A stretch of 64,000 nucleotides of DNA from an uncultured bacterium (GCA_965372835.1 CBDVDV010000001.1:4593-68592); one strand, 5' to 3'; positions 37,880 to 48,260 are shown, counted from the stretch's first letter. Notes: generated by a model not told the origin, from the letters alone. Made by a program: numbers and translations.

Positions 37880-39298
37880 GTGACTGCGCCACACGACGCA
37901 TGTGCCACGGCCGGACTTGACCGGCCGTGCAGGGGGATGCTGTCAGCAGGGAATGGGGTTCCTGTGACTTCCGCAAAGGTGCTCGACTCAGGCACCGTTT
38001 CAGTTGCCTGTGTGCACTTTCTTGTGGACATAGGAGACTGGGCACGTGCGTGTATCAATGAGTTCGCCTCCACCCCGCCGACCGACGGCCACGACCAGGC
38101 GACCTTCACCACCGCCTGGGCTCCCTATATCAGGGCCCGAGGTGACCAGCGCGCTCTCGACTTCATGACCGACCTCAGGGATACGATCAAGGCGAACTTT
38201 GTTGAGAAGGGCATGTGGAAGCATGGCTACTGGACGTGCGCGGACGTGCACCATGGCACGGAACACTTCGAACTTTTCCTGGGCACGCTCTGGCGGCTCA
38301 AGCCCGAGGATACGGAGACCGTTCGGCAGTTGGTGGACGCTGCCGAGCACATGGGAAACTGGGTGTCTGAGATTCCCGCCTGGTTCGACCGGGACACGGG
38401 GCTTTTCCGTAGTCTGCATTTCGGGACCGACGGGGTAAAGCCTATGGCAGAGGAGACCTTCAACCTCCCCGACCACCTTCGCTGCGTAAACGTGTGCCTG
38501 CTGGCCTCGGCCATGACGGATGACCAGCGCTACCTGGACCTGGCCCGCTTCTATGGCGGACGGTGGGCGGATGCCATTCTCGCCGGCGAAGAACTCCCCG
38601 TTGGCCTCAACGAAGAAGGGGCCATGTACTTCCTCAGAAAGCCCGCGGAGGGGGCTTACCGAGCCTTCGCTGGTCAGATCGGTAAACTTCGCTCTGCCGT
38701 TGACCGGGCCGAGAACTTCCTGGCCTCAGGCGCCGTCAACGCATTTCTGGAACTGTGGCGGCTGACCGGTGAGGAGCGCTTCCGCAGCGCGGCCGAGAAA
38801 CTCCTGGACGTCATCGTCACGCAACTCACCGACCCGGACGCCGGTGCCGCGGCGGCCGCCGTCCGCACCTACCGTCAGATGACGGGAGGGACCCGCTACG
38901 ATTCCGTGGTGCTCGATGCGGTCGGACCCCTCGACCTATCCTCTTTTTCTCAACTCTCAATAGAGCCAGAGGTCAAGCGCAACGGCCGGCCCTCAGGCAT
39001 CGGCAAGAGGCAGGATATGCCGATCTGGTACGAGGACGCCACCCCCCGACGGCACAACCCCATCCTGCTGGCCGTGGCCGCTGAGATCACACAGGACCAA
39101 GACCTGGCCACACGGGCTGTAGACATGGCCCGGGTCTACTTCCACCTGGCCAGGAAGGTCTATCCCCACGGGCGGGAGCACGGCTGCTCGGCCCGCTCGG
39201 TGAGCGCCATCGCCCGCGGTCACGGCAGAGACAACAACGCCGGGGTCGTCACCGCAGTCCTGGCCCCAATACTGGAAGCCTTCGAGGCCTGGATGTAG
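37880..39298 (+). CDS. Hypothetical protein translationally coupled to the serpin gene (472 aa as drawn; start uncertain)
   Basis: Stop of serpin at 37878 and first in-frame start at 37880. Protein-like composition from about residue 40 onward. Possibly an (alpha/alpha)-type enzyme, but no family could be assigned by eye. Confidence 0.55.
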   Translation: MTAPHDACATAGLDRPCRGMLSAGNGVPVTSAKVLDSGTVSVACVHFLVDIGDWARACINEFASTPPTDGHDQATFTTAWAPYIRARGDQRALDFMTDLRDTIKANFVEKGMWKHGYWTCADVHHGTEHFELFLGTLWRLKPEDTETVRQLVDAAEHMGNWVSEIPAWFDRDTGLFRSLHFGTDGVKPMAEETFNLPDHLRCVNVCLLASAMTDDQRYLDLARFYGGRWADAILAGEELPVGLNEEGAMYFLRKPAEGAYRAFAGQIGKLRSAVDRAENFLASGAVNAFLELWRLTGEERFRSAAEKLLDVIVTQLTDPDAGAAAAAVRTYRQMTGGTRYDSVVLDAVGPLDLSSFSQLSIEPEVKRNGRPSGIGKRQDMPIWYEDATPRRHNPILLAVAAEITQDQDLATRAVDMARVYFHLARKVYPHGREHGCSARSVSAIARGHGRDNNAGVVTAVLAPILEAFEAWM

Positions 39299-39380
39299 CC
39301 TTCAGCAAACTCCGCTGGCAACGGACGGTTGAGCGCGTTCAACTTCACGGCCGATGAGATCGCGTCCTGCCCGTACGTCC

Positions 39381-39403
39381 GGTCGTGCCACTCGTATGAG
39401 CGG
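39381..39403. repeat. Copy 2 of 23-nt intergenic motif GGTCGTGCCACTCGTATGAGCGG
   Basis: Lies between ORF 37880-39298 and ORF 39538-42780. Followed by GGAAC and an AT-richer leader. Confidence 0.6.
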
Positions 39404-39537
39404 AACTGCGAAACAATTGTAGGATAGCGGGCGTCTAAAAGAGTGATGGAAACGGTTCGTTCCCGGGTGCGCCTGCGCGAGGTCAAGTCCTGGTTTGTTT
39501 TGTGGCGAGTCCCCGTCCAAGGGGATAGAATACTTCT

Positions 39538-42500
39538 ATGACGGTCATCAATGACTATCGGCAGGCTGACGACATTCTTCGACGGGTCTGGCGGGTGCGC
39601 GACCTCTGGCGGGCCCTGGCCGTCGGTCAGGGGGTGCTCGTCTACTTGAGCCTCGCCGCGGGCTCGCTCTTTGCCGCCACCGCCCTGGAGGGGCTCCTGC
39701 ACACAGGCCCCTTTGTTCGCTCCACGCTTTTGGTGCTCGTTGCCGGCGCTTTCCTCATAGGGCTGTTTGTCTGCGTGCTCAGGCCTGCGTTCCGCGACGT
39801 CTCCGACCAGCGGATGGCCAGGCTCATTGAACTGCGATACCCCGAACTCGATAACGGTCTCATAAACGCCGTCCAACTGGTGCGCGATCCGCTGGTGCCC
39901 AGCCGGACGCTGGTCGAGAAGCAGCTGGCCGAGGTAGCAGAGAACATCGGGCCTTACGACTTTCGGCGAGCGGTGGACCGGCGACCATTCCGCCGGGCGA
40001 CTCTGGCTGCGCTGCTCACCACGACCTTCCTGCTGCTCTACGTCGGCTTTTTCCCCGCTCGCTTTGCCAACGCCCTGGAGCGCATCCTCCATCCGCGGGC
40101 CCACCTTCCCGTGGTCGGGTCGGTGCGCATCGCCTCCGTCGAGCCGGGCAGTACCACCCTCATCTACGGCTCCGATCTCGACGTTCGGGTCACCCTCGAA
40201 GAGGGGAGTCCGCAGGTGGGGGAGGGCGCTCTTCATTATCGGCTGGAAGAGGGTCGGCCGCAGGAGTTGACCCTGGTGTCCGTCGCCACCGGTACCCTCA
40301 CCAGCCGCATCGAGAACGTGACCGTTCCGCTGACCTACTCCGTCACCGTGGGTGATTCGCAATCGGCGCGCTTCGACGTGCAGGTGGCCCATAAGCCGGC
40401 CGTGAGCCGGCTGGACGTCACTTACGAATACCCGGCTTACACCAGGCTTGAGTCCAGGAGCGAAACCGATAGCCTGGGCAACCTCTCCGCCCCGGTCGGC
40501 TCCGCCGCGCTGCTGACCATCCATGCCAACAAGCCCATTGCCGAGGCCCGTGTCGAACATGGGGATGGGACCACGGAGCCGGTCACGGTCGACTTCGACA
40601 GGCAGGTCCTGCGCGCCAGGCTCTGGATGGGAAAGAGCGGCACTTATGCCATCCACCTCGCCGACGAGGAAGGCTATACCAACGACCCGCCGGCGCAACG
40701 ACAGATCGAAGCCATCGCCGATGCAGCGCCCCAGGTGGTGCTCCTGACCCCGGGCGGAGACCAGACCGTGGCTCCCGGCGATTCGGTGGAGGTGACGTTC
40801 AAAGCCAGTGACAACTACGGCCTGGCCCGGGCTGAACTCCGCCTGAAGAAAAACGACGACCCGGAACAGGCGGCTCGAACTTGGGACGTCCCCGGCCGCA
40901 ACGATGCCTCCTTTACCCATGCCCTTCAGCTCTCGTCGGAGGAGTACCACGACGGCGACCTCCTCACCCTGTACGCCCTCGCCGTGGACAACTGCACCAT
41001 ACCCGGGCCGGGGACCGGGGAGTCACAGCGCGTGTTGCTCCACGTCAGGGACCCGGCCGAGGCCCGCCGACGCCTCGAGGAGCAGTTCTCCGCCTGGGAA
41101 GAGGAACTCCGCAAAATTCTGAAACTCCAGAAGTCGGCCCGCACCACGAGCCTCGACCTCACCGAGCCCATGGGCCCGACTACGTTCCGCTCCAAGGTGG
41201 ACCCGGTGCGGACCAGCCAGATTGAGGTCCGGGCGCGCTCACTCTCCTTAGCCGACCAAATAGACAGCGGGCTGGAGCGCCTGCGACCGGTGAAACGGGC
41301 CCTCCTGGCCCTGGGGTCCGACGACATGCTCCAGGCCGTGATGCTGACCGACGTACTGCTTGCCGCCGAGAATCCGCCTCTGGCGCGCGGCAAGGTCCTG
41401 GAACTCCTCACCGTGCAGAAGCGTATCATCGAAGTCCTGGAGAAGATCCTGGCCGTGCTGCCCGAACTGGCCCAGCGGACGCTGGAGGAGATGGAGGGCC
41501 GCGAAGCCAGCGACCTCCCCAGCGAGGTGCGGGAAAAGTTGCAGCAGTTGGCCGACAAACTCCAGGAGTTCATCGAGGAGCAGAAGAAGGTCGTCGACGC
41601 CTCCGAAGACCTGCGCAAGAAGCCCGTAGACGACTTCACCGAAGAAGACCTGGAGAAGTTGCGCGAACTCGAAGCCGTGGAGGACGATTGGGCCAAGTTC
41701 ATGAAGGAGGCCTACGCCGACTTCAGCAAACTCCCGGAGCAGGACTTCTCCAACCCCAGCCTGCTCAAGGAAATCCTGGAAATCTACAGTGACGTGGAGA
41801 TGGCCGCCGACGCCCTCAGTGAGAAAGCCATCGAAATGGCCGTCCCTCTGGAGCAGGCCGGCCTGGAACTGGCCGAGGAACTCACCACCCACATCGAGAA
41901 GTGGCTCGACGACATGCCCGACCGGCTGAAGTGGGTGATGGAGGAGCCCCTGACCGACTACGAGGTCCCCATGGCCGAACTGCCCGCCGAGTTGGAGGAC
42001 ATCATCGGCGACCTGATGGAGCAGGAGGAGGACCTCTTCGACGACGTGGAGGATGTGACCAGCGGCTGGACCGATTCGCTGGACAAGGGTGCGGGCTGGA
42101 CGGCGATGGACGGCCCTATCTCCAACATGAGCGCCCAGGGCGTCACCGGAAACGTCCTGCCCAACACCAGCGAGATCGGCGGCCGAAGCGGCGAAGGCCG
42201 AACCGGCAAGGCCCACGGCGAGTTCGTCGAGGAGTCGGCCACGGGCAAAGGCGGCCGACGGACTCCCAGCAGGCTCACCCCCGATCCCTTCCAGGCCGGT
42301 CAGATCGACGACCAAGACAAAGAGCCCGCCGGCGGAGCCACGGGTGGCGGCAAACTCAGCGGCGCCGGCGGGGAGGGACTGGAAGGTCCCATTCCACCTC
42401 AGCTCTCCCAGGAGATGCAGCGGCTGGCCGGCCGACAGGCCCAACTGCGCAACCGGGCCGAATCTGTAGCCGTTCAGTTCCGGGTGGCCAACTACCCCAC

Positions 42501-42780
42501 CTATCAACTGGACGAAGCCATCACTACCATGGAGGAAATCGAACTGGACCTCCGCTCCGCCCGCTATCGAAACGCCCTCCGCCGCCGGCCGATCCTCCTG
42601 GAGACACTCAAAGACACCCGGGCGTTCCTGGTGGGCGAGGTGAGGATGAGTTACGACCGCAGCGCCCCGCTCCCACCCTACCTGCGCGACGAACTGGCCG
42701 ACGCCCGCGCCCAGAAACCCCCCGAAGGCTACGAGGACCTGCTGCAAAAGTACTACGAGCGCCTGTCCCGGAAACAGTAG
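39538..42780 (+). CDS. Large hypothetical membrane protein (1080 aa): N-terminal 2-4 TM helices, beta-rich middle, long acidic coiled coil, Gly-rich C-terminal module
   Basis: Coherent amino-acid composition (E/K/L-rich coiled coil) and good codon bias. The competing antisense ORF 39220-40950 has typical high-GC artefact composition. Shares N- and C-terminal architecture with ORF 26277-28082. Confidence 0.8.
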   Translation: MTVINDYRQADDILRRVWRVRDLWRALAVGQGVLVYLSLAAGSLFAATALEGLLHTGPFVRSTLLVLVAGAFLIGLFVCVLRPAFRDVSDQRMARLIELRYPELDNGLINAVQLVRDPLVPSRTLVEKQLAEVAENIGPYDFRRAVDRRPFRRATLAALLTTTFLLLYVGFFPARFANALERILHPRAHLPVVGSVRIASVEPGSTTLIYGSDLDVRVTLEEGSPQVGEGALHYRLEEGRPQELTLVSVATGTLTSRIENVTVPLTYSVTVGDSQSARFDVQVAHKPAVSRLDVTYEYPAYTRLESRSETDSLGNLSAPVGSAALLTIHANKPIAEARVEHGDGTTEPVTVDFDRQVLRARLWMGKSGTYAIHLADEEGYTNDPPAQRQIEAIADAAPQVVLLTPGGDQTVAPGDSVEVTFKASDNYGLARAELRLKKNDDPEQAARTWDVPGRNDASFTHALQLSSEEYHDGDLLTLYALAVDNCTIPGPGTGESQRVLLHVRDPAEARRRLEEQFSAWEEELRKILKLQKSARTTSLDLTEPMGPTTFRSKVDPVRTSQIEVRARSLSLADQIDSGLERLRPVKRALLALGSDDMLQAVMLTDVLLAAENPPLARGKVLELLTVQKRIIEVLEKILAVLPELAQRTLEEMEGREASDLPSEVREKLQQLADKLQEFIEEQKKVVDASEDLRKKPVDDFTEEDLEKLRELEAVEDDWAKFMKEAYADFSKLPEQDFSNPSLLKEILEIYSDVEMAADALSEKAIEMAVPLEQAGLELAEELTTHIEKWLDDMPDRLKWVMEEPLTDYEVPMAELPAELEDIIGDLMEQEEDLFDDVEDVTSGWTDSLDKGAGWTAMDGPISNMSAQGVTGNVLPNTSEIGGRSGEGRTGKAHGEFVEESATGKGGRRTPSRLTPDPFQAGQIDDQDKEPAGGATGGGKLSGAGGEGLEGPIPPQLSQEMQRLAGRQAQLRNRAESVAVQFRVANYPTYQLDEAITTMEEIELDLRSARYRNALRRRPILLETLKDTRAFLVGEVRMSYDRSAPLPPYLRDELADARAQKPPEGYEDLLQKYYERLSRKQ

Positions 42781-42871
42781 CCTTGATTCTTGTGCTGCCC
42801 AAAGGCACAATCCGCGCTAAGCCTTTCAGAGTCCAGGTTTTAGGGGTCGAAGTGATCCCAATACTTTGGGC

Positions 42872-42900
42872 TTGACAGGGTGGGTGCCCCTACATATAGT
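42872..42900 (+). promoter_or_regulatory. Sigma70 promoter TTGACA-N17-TATAGT upstream of dnaE
   Basis: Near-consensus hexamers. A perfect hairpin GAGCCC-TTCGAC-GGGCTC follows at 42935-42952 in the leader. Confidence 0.5.
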
Positions 42901-42968
42901 GCCTGAAAGGCGACTGTAGGTGTCTGCTTCCGAGCCCTTCGACGGGCTCAGGAGAAGGGAGAATAGGC

Positions 42969-45900
42969 ATGGCGAACTCCGATTTCGTGCATTTGCACGT
43001 TCACACCCACTACAGCCTGTTAGACGGCGCCTGTCGGCTGGAGGAGTTGTTCGAGGCGGCGAAGAAGTTCGGCATGCCCGCGCTGACCATCACTGACCAC
43101 GGCAACATGTTCGGCGCCATCGAGTTCTACGAGGGCGCCCTGCGGGCCGGCCTCAAGCCCATTATCGGCTACGAAGCGTACGTTGCCCCGGGGAGCCGAT
43201 TCGACCGCGAGGCCCGTGGCGGCGAGCCCGCATCCCACCACCTGACGCTCCTGGCCCGCAACACCCAGGGTTACCATAACCTCATCAAGTTGGCCTCCGC
43301 TGCGTACCTGGAGGGCTTCTACTACCGGCCTCGCATCGACAAGGAAATCCTGACGCAGCACGCCGAGGGCCTGGTGGCCCTGACCGGGTGCCTCAGCAGC
43401 GAACTGTCCCGCCTGCTGCTGGCCGACGATTACGACGGCGCCCGCCGAGCGCTACGCCAGTGGCTGGACATCTTTGGCGCCGAGCACGTCTTTGTCGAAC
43501 TCCAGGATACGGGCATCCCGGAACAGCGGAAAGTCATCCGGGGCGCAGTAGCGCTGGCCAAGGACCTGGAGGTCCCCGTGGTGGCCACCAACGACGTTCA
43601 CTACCTTCGCCCCGAAGACGCCCGAGCCCACGACATCCTCCTGTGCGTCAACACGGGCAAGTTCGTCGACGACCCGGACCGGATGCGCTTCGCCAATGAC
43701 CAGTACTACTTCAAGAGCCCGGAGGAGATGGCCGAGGCCTTCCGCGAGGTCCCCGAGGCGGTGACCAACACCCGTCGGGTGGCTGACCTGTGCGCCCTGG
43801 AACTCTTCTTCGAGGAGAAGCACCTCCCCCGCATCCAGGCCAGCCAGGAAATGACCAACACCGCCTACCTGCGCCGGTTGTGCGAGGAGGGGTCCCGACG
43901 CCGCTACGGCGAGGTGACCCCCGCCGTGGGGGAGCGCCTGGAGCGCGAGTTGGGGATCATCGAACGGATCGGCTACGCCTCCTACTTCCTCATCGTGGCC
44001 GACTACGTGAACTACGCCCGCGACCGGGGCATCCCGGTGGGTCCGGGTCGGGGCTCGGCGGCCGCGTGCTTGGTGGCCTACGTCCTGGGCATCAACAACA
44101 TCGATCCCATGAAGTATGACCTGATGATGGAAATCTTCCTGGATGAGAAGCGCCGGGAACTTCCGGACATCGACGTGGATTTCTGCCAGGACGGCCGCGA
44201 GGAGGTCATCCGCTACGTCCGCGAGAAGTACGGCGAGGACAAGGTGGCCCAGATCATCACCTTCGGGACCATGAGGGCTCGGGCGGTGGTGCGGGACGTG
44301 GCCCGGGCCCTGCGCGTTCCCTTCGAGCAGGCCGATCGGCTGGCCAAAAAGATACCCGCCACTCTGGGCATCACCCTCAAAGAGGCGCTGGCCCAGGACG
44401 CCGAACTCCGCCACGAGTACGAGAGCGACCCCACGGTCCACGAACTCTTCGAGATCGCTTTCCGTCTGGAAGGACTGGCCCGTCACGCCTCCACCCACGC
44501 CGCCGGGGTGGTTATCGCCGATAAGCCGCTGGTCGACTACACTCCCCTCTACCAGTACAACGATAGCGTGGCCACCCAGTACGCCATGGAGTCGCTGGAG
44601 CGCATCGGCCTCTTCAAGTTCGACTTCCTGGGTCTGCGCACCCTGAGTACGTTGCAGCGGGCGGTGGAGATCATCGAAGCCCGCCGAGGCGAGCGCATCG
44701 ACCTGGATGCCCTGGACATGGCCGACCAAGCCACCTACGAGATGCTCTCCCGGGGTGAGGCAACGGGGGTTTTCCAGATGGAGTCGTCGGGTTTCCGCGA
44801 CCTCCTGGAGAAGATGAAGCCCGACCGCTTCGACGACCTGGTCGCCCTCAATGCTCTCTACCGCCCCGGACCGCTGAAGGCCGGGGTGGTGGACACGTTC
44901 GTCGCCCGCAAGCACGGTCGCGAAACCCCCACCTATGAACACCCGCTCCTGGAAGAGATACTGGGAGAAACCCACGGCGTCATCGCCTACCAGGGCCAGG
45001 TGATGCGCATCGTCAGCCGCCTGGGCGACATCGACCTGGCTGACGCCTACACCCTCACCAAGGCCATCAGCAAGAAGCAAGAGGACGTCATCAACTCCAA
45101 CCACGACGACTTCGTCAAGGGCGCCGTGGCCAAGGGCATCAGTCGGGATTCGGCCGAAAAGATCTTCGAGCATATCCTCTATTTCGGCGGCTACGGCTTC
45201 AAGAAGTGCCACTCCACCTGCTACGCCCTCATTGCCTACCAGACCGCTTACCTGAAGGCGCATTACCCGGCCGAGTTCATGGCCGCGCTCATGACCTATG
45301 AGATGGGCGACAGCGACAAACTCACCCAATACCTCCAGGAAGCCAGGCGGATGGGTCTGCGGGTGCTTCCGCCCGACGTCAACGAGAGCGACAAGGACTT
45401 TACCGTGGTCGCCGATGACACCGTCCGCTTCGGCCTGCAGGCCGTCAAGGGTGTCGGGGGTAAGGCCGTGGAGGCCATCCTGGCCGCCCGCCAGCAGGAG
45501 GGGGGCTTCCGGTCGCTCCACCAGTTCTGCGAAGTCGTGGACCATCGACAGGTGCACAAGGCCGTCATTGAAAGCCTCGTCAAGTGCGGGGCCTTCGACT
45601 CGCTGGCGGCGCGACGGGCTCAACTGTTGGCTGCCCTGGACGGGGCCATGCGCGCCGGTGAGCGGGTCCAGGCCGATCGCCGAATCGGTCAGATGAATAT
45701 CTTCGACCAGTTGGCGGACGGGACTGCGGCGGCGGAGCCCCCGCAGTTGCCCGACGTCCCTGAGTTCCCGGAGCCGAGGCTGCTGGCCTTTGAGAAGGAG
45801 ACCCTGGGCTTCTACCTCTCCAGCCATCCCCTGGCCCAGTACGAGCACCTGCTCAAACGGTTCGCCACGGCGACGGCCGAAGACTTGGCCGAGCGGCCGC

Positions 45901-46439
45901 CGGGCGAGCGCGTAGTGGTGGGCGGCATGGTGACCAAGGTGACGGGGATGACCATCCGCAACGGGGTCAACAAGGGCAAGCGGATGGCCCGCCTGGCGGT
46001 GGAGGACCTGACCGGGTCCTTCGAAGCGGTGATTTTCCCCCGACTCTATGAATCCTCGCGCTCCCTCTTCCATAAAGATGCCATACTCTTTCTCGATGGG
46101 GTCACGGACGTAGGCCGCGACCTCCCCTCGATCAAGGCGAACGACATTGTCCCGGTCACCCAGGCCGAGGCCCGCTTAGCGGACCACGTGGTCATCGACC
46201 TGGACTGCGTGGGCCTGGCCGAGGACACCCTCGACCGGCTCAAGGCCGTGCTGCAGCAGTACCCGGGGCCCTGCCCGGTGCGCTTGCGTTTCATCGGTCA
46301 CGACCGCCAAGTGACCACGGTCCGGGTCGGTTCCGGGCTGGCGGTCTCCTGGAGTGAGGAACTGGCTCATCAACTGCGCAACCTGGTGGGGGCCGAGCAC
46401 GTCCTGGTGACCGGTCGGCAGGACGAGGCCGTCCTGTGA
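42969..46439 (+). CDS. dnaE: DNA polymerase III alpha subunit
   Basis: 1156 aa. PHP domain N-terminus FVHLHVHTHYSLLDGA. Polymerase core and OB domain. Confidence 0.95.
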   Translation: MANSDFVHLHVHTHYSLLDGACRLEELFEAAKKFGMPALTITDHGNMFGAIEFYEGALRAGLKPIIGYEAYVAPGSRFDREARGGEPASHHLTLLARNTQGYHNLIKLASAAYLEGFYYRPRIDKEILTQHAEGLVALTGCLSSELSRLLLADDYDGARRALRQWLDIFGAEHVFVELQDTGIPEQRKVIRGAVALAKDLEVPVVATNDVHYLRPEDARAHDILLCVNTGKFVDDPDRMRFANDQYYFKSPEEMAEAFREVPEAVTNTRRVADLCALELFFEEKHLPRIQASQEMTNTAYLRRLCEEGSRRRYGEVTPAVGERLERELGIIERIGYASYFLIVADYVNYARDRGIPVGPGRGSAAACLVAYVLGINNIDPMKYDLMMEIFLDEKRRELPDIDVDFCQDGREEVIRYVREKYGEDKVAQIITFGTMRARAVVRDVARALRVPFEQADRLAKKIPATLGITLKEALAQDAELRHEYESDPTVHELFEIAFRLEGLARHASTHAAGVVIADKPLVDYTPLYQYNDSVATQYAMESLERIGLFKFDFLGLRTLSTLQRAVEIIEARRGERIDLDALDMADQATYEMLSRGEATGVFQMESSGFRDLLEKMKPDRFDDLVALNALYRPGPLKAGVVDTFVARKHGRETPTYEHPLLEEILGETHGVIAYQGQVMRIVSRLGDIDLADAYTLTKAISKKQEDVINSNHDDFVKGAVAKGISRDSAEKIFEHILYFGGYGFKKCHSTCYALIAYQTAYLKAHYPAEFMAALMTYEMGDSDKLTQYLQEARRMGLRVLPPDVNESDKDFTVVADDTVRFGLQAVKGVGGKAVEAILAARQQEGGFRSLHQFCEVVDHRQVHKAVIESLVKCGAFDSLAARRAQLLAALDGAMRAGERVQADRRIGQMNIFDQLADGTAAAEPPQLPDVPEFPEPRLLAFEKETLGFYLSSHPLAQYEHLLKRFATATAEDLAERPPGERVVVGGMVTKVTGMTIRNGVNKGKRMARLAVEDLTGSFEAVIFPRLYESSRSLFHKDAILFLDGVTDVGRDLPSIKANDIVPVTQAEARLADHVVIDLDCVGLAEDTLDRLKAVLQQYPGPCPVRLRFIGHDRQVTTVRVGSGLAVSWSEELAHQLRNLVGAEHVLVTGRQDEAVL

Positions 46440-46858
46440 GCACGCCGCCCTCCATCACCTGGCGGGTACGCGTGCGCTACGCTGAAACCGATGCCATGGG
46501 CGTCCTGCACCACGCCAACTACTTCGTGTACTTCGAGGAAGCCCGCACCGAGTGCCTGCGCCAGTTCGGCCGCTCCTACCGCGAGTTGGAAGAGCGTGGG
46601 GTGTACCTGGTGGTGGCCCGGGCGGAGTGTACTTACCGGGCGCCGGCCCGCTACGACGACGTCCTGCTCATTTACGCCTCTGTCGAGCGCGTCACCGCCG
46701 CTCGCATCGAGCACTCCTACCGGGTAGTGCGGGAGGCCGACGGCGTACTCGTGGCCGAGGCGAAAACCACACTGGCCTGTGTGGATGAGCGCGGAGAGCC
46801 GCAGCCCCTCCCCGAAGTGCTGCGACGACCACCCCTCTCATCACCGCCTGGGCAGTAA
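46436..46858 (+). CDS. Acyl-CoA thioesterase, 4HBT/YbgC family
   Basis: Hotdog-fold motif VRYAETDAMGVLHHANYFVYFEEAR. Confidence 0.85.
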   Translation: MSTPPSITWRVRVRYAETDAMGVLHHANYFVYFEEARTECLRQFGRSYRELEERGVYLVVARAECTYRAPARYDDVLLIYASVERVTAARIEHSYRVVREADGVLVAEAKTTLACVDERGEPQPLPEVLRRPPLSSPPGQ

Positions 46859-47053
46859 GTGGCTCAGGTTGGGCCGCCGAAGAGTGAATTGGGTGCATGT
46901 CGAGATTGTGGGGGTTTGACTCATCCCCAGTTTTGATACCTCATTCAGTAGCAAAGAGTACAGTTGTCAGTGGTGGCCCCCCGCCGGCCGGCAAGCTCAA
47001 GGTGTGCCACCCAAGGACCCGCGAAACTGGGGATGGATCAGGCCAATAAGCGG

Positions 47054-47082
47054 TTGACAGAGGGGAAGGCCCTGCCTATAAT
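47054..47082 (+). promoter_or_regulatory. Perfect consensus sigma70 promoter TTGACA-N17-TATAAT for tRNA-Gly
   Basis: Exact consensus hexamers with 17-nt spacer, about 40 nt upstream of the tRNA. Confidence 0.6.
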
Positions 47083-47123
47083 ACCGGCGTGCGGTGGGGG
47101 GGTGGCGCCGGGGAATCGGCTGA

Positions 47124-47198
47124 GCGGGCGTAGTTCAGTGGTAGAACACCAGCTTCCCAAGCTGGGCGTCGTGGGTTCGAATCCCATCGCCCGCTCCA
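47124..47198 (+). tRNA. tRNA-Gly (anticodon CCC), CCA encoded
   Basis: Acceptor GCGGGCG/CGCCCGC, D-loop AGTTCAGTGGTAGAAC, anticodon loop CTTCCCAAG, T-loop GGTTCGAATCC. Confidence 0.9.
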
Positions 47199-47334
47199 TT
47201 GAGCCAGCGCTATGATGCACGTCTGGGAGGGCCCCACCGAGGGGTCGCCTCCGGCCCCACCAGCCCGATGGTCAGCGTCCACCTGTTGCGGGGTCGCGCC
47301 GGAGCGGTTGCGCGGTCAGGGAACGAGGCGGTGA

Positions 47335-48005
47335 TGCCACGCGTCCTGGTACTCTTGTGTTTGTCGGTGACCATCGGTTGCGCCTCCTCTTCCCAAGGAG
47401 AACTGACTACACGACTTCGAGCGGACCTCAGTGGACTGCGCACCCGAGAACTATCGACCCCGTCGCCCAGCCGCACCCACCGGGTCCAGCGGGGGGAGAC
47501 GCTCTGGAGCATCGCCCGCCGATGGGGCGTCACCGTCGCCGACCTCAAGCAGGCCAACGGGCTGACCGGCGACACCATCTATGCCGGCCAGGAGTTGGTG
47601 ATTCCACGGGCCACCGAGCGCCGGTCGGCGGCCCGACCGCCGACCGCCGAGGAGGCAGGTCCGGCCTGGCCCGTCCCGGGGCTGCGGCAGGCCCGCCGGG
47701 ACGGCGACGCGCTGGTCATCTACGCCCCGGAAGGGACCTCGGTGGTGGCCGCGGCTGGCGGCCGGGTGAACTACGTCTCCGAGCAGGTGCGCGGGCTGGG
47801 CGCGGTGGTCATGCTGGAGCATCCGGGTGGCGTGCTCACTTTCTACGGCCGGCTGGGAGAGGTGGCGGTGAGGCTGGGGCAGTCGGTCGGCCGAGGTGCT
47901 CCGGTGGGCCGGGTAGCGCCGGGAGGGGAGGCGGGTCCCCGGCTCCGTTTCATGGTGTTCAAGGATGGCAAAGCAGTCTCCGCAGGAGACTACCTGGCCC
48001 GATAG
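47335..48005 (+). CDS. LysM-domain M23 family metallopeptidase (lipoprotein)
   Basis: Lipobox VTIGCASS. LysM (VQRGETLWSIARRWGVTVADLKQANGL), then M23 catalytic region (VVMLEHPGGVLTFYGRL). Confidence 0.8.
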
Positions 48006-48032
48006 GGCGGGGGCCGGGAGGAGGGGTCTGCC

Positions 48033-48260
48033 ATGCCGTTATACGAGTTCCGCTGCGACAGGTGTGACCAACGCTTCGAGGAGTTGTGCGAAAACATCGA
48101 GGCGTCCAACGGCGTTCGCTGTCCTGGGTGCCGAAGCCGGCGAGTGAGCCGACTGCTTTCCACGTTCGCCGTGTCGGTGCGGGGGGGAAACAAGGGCGGT
48201 TCGGCCTCTGCGTGCAGCACTTGCACGGCGACCAGTTGCACCACGTGCACCGTGCGTTGA
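48033..48260 (+). CDS. FmdB-family zinc-ribbon regulatory protein
   Basis: MPLYEFRCDRCDQRFE...RCPGC N-terminal CxxC...CxxC zinc ribbon; Cys/Thr-rich tail. Confidence 0.75.
   Translation: MPLYEFRCDRCDQRFEELCENIEASNGVRCPGCRSRRVSRLLSTFAVSVRGGNKGGSASACSTCTATSCTTCTVR

Noticed and set aside
43452-46073. 873-aa antisense ORF inside dnaE, and similar long minus-strand ORFs (5573-7543, 7730-9001, 14245-15549, 24988-26394, 28396-29751, 41248-42810, 39220-40950, 21619-22557)
   Set aside because: All lie opposite well-supported genes (dnaE, pepP/efp, accC, metG, rpoN, GT39, the 1080-aa protein) or across the SRP RNA. Their translations are Gly/Arg/Pro/His-rich with no domain signatures. This is the usual stop-codon depletion on the antisense strand of high-GC coding DNA.
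46964-47282. Short ORFs overlapping tRNA-Gly (46964-47215 +, 47038-47220 -, 47076-47282 -) and tRNA-Ser (14031-14273 -)
   Set aside because: They span clear tRNA genes and promoters; artefactual.
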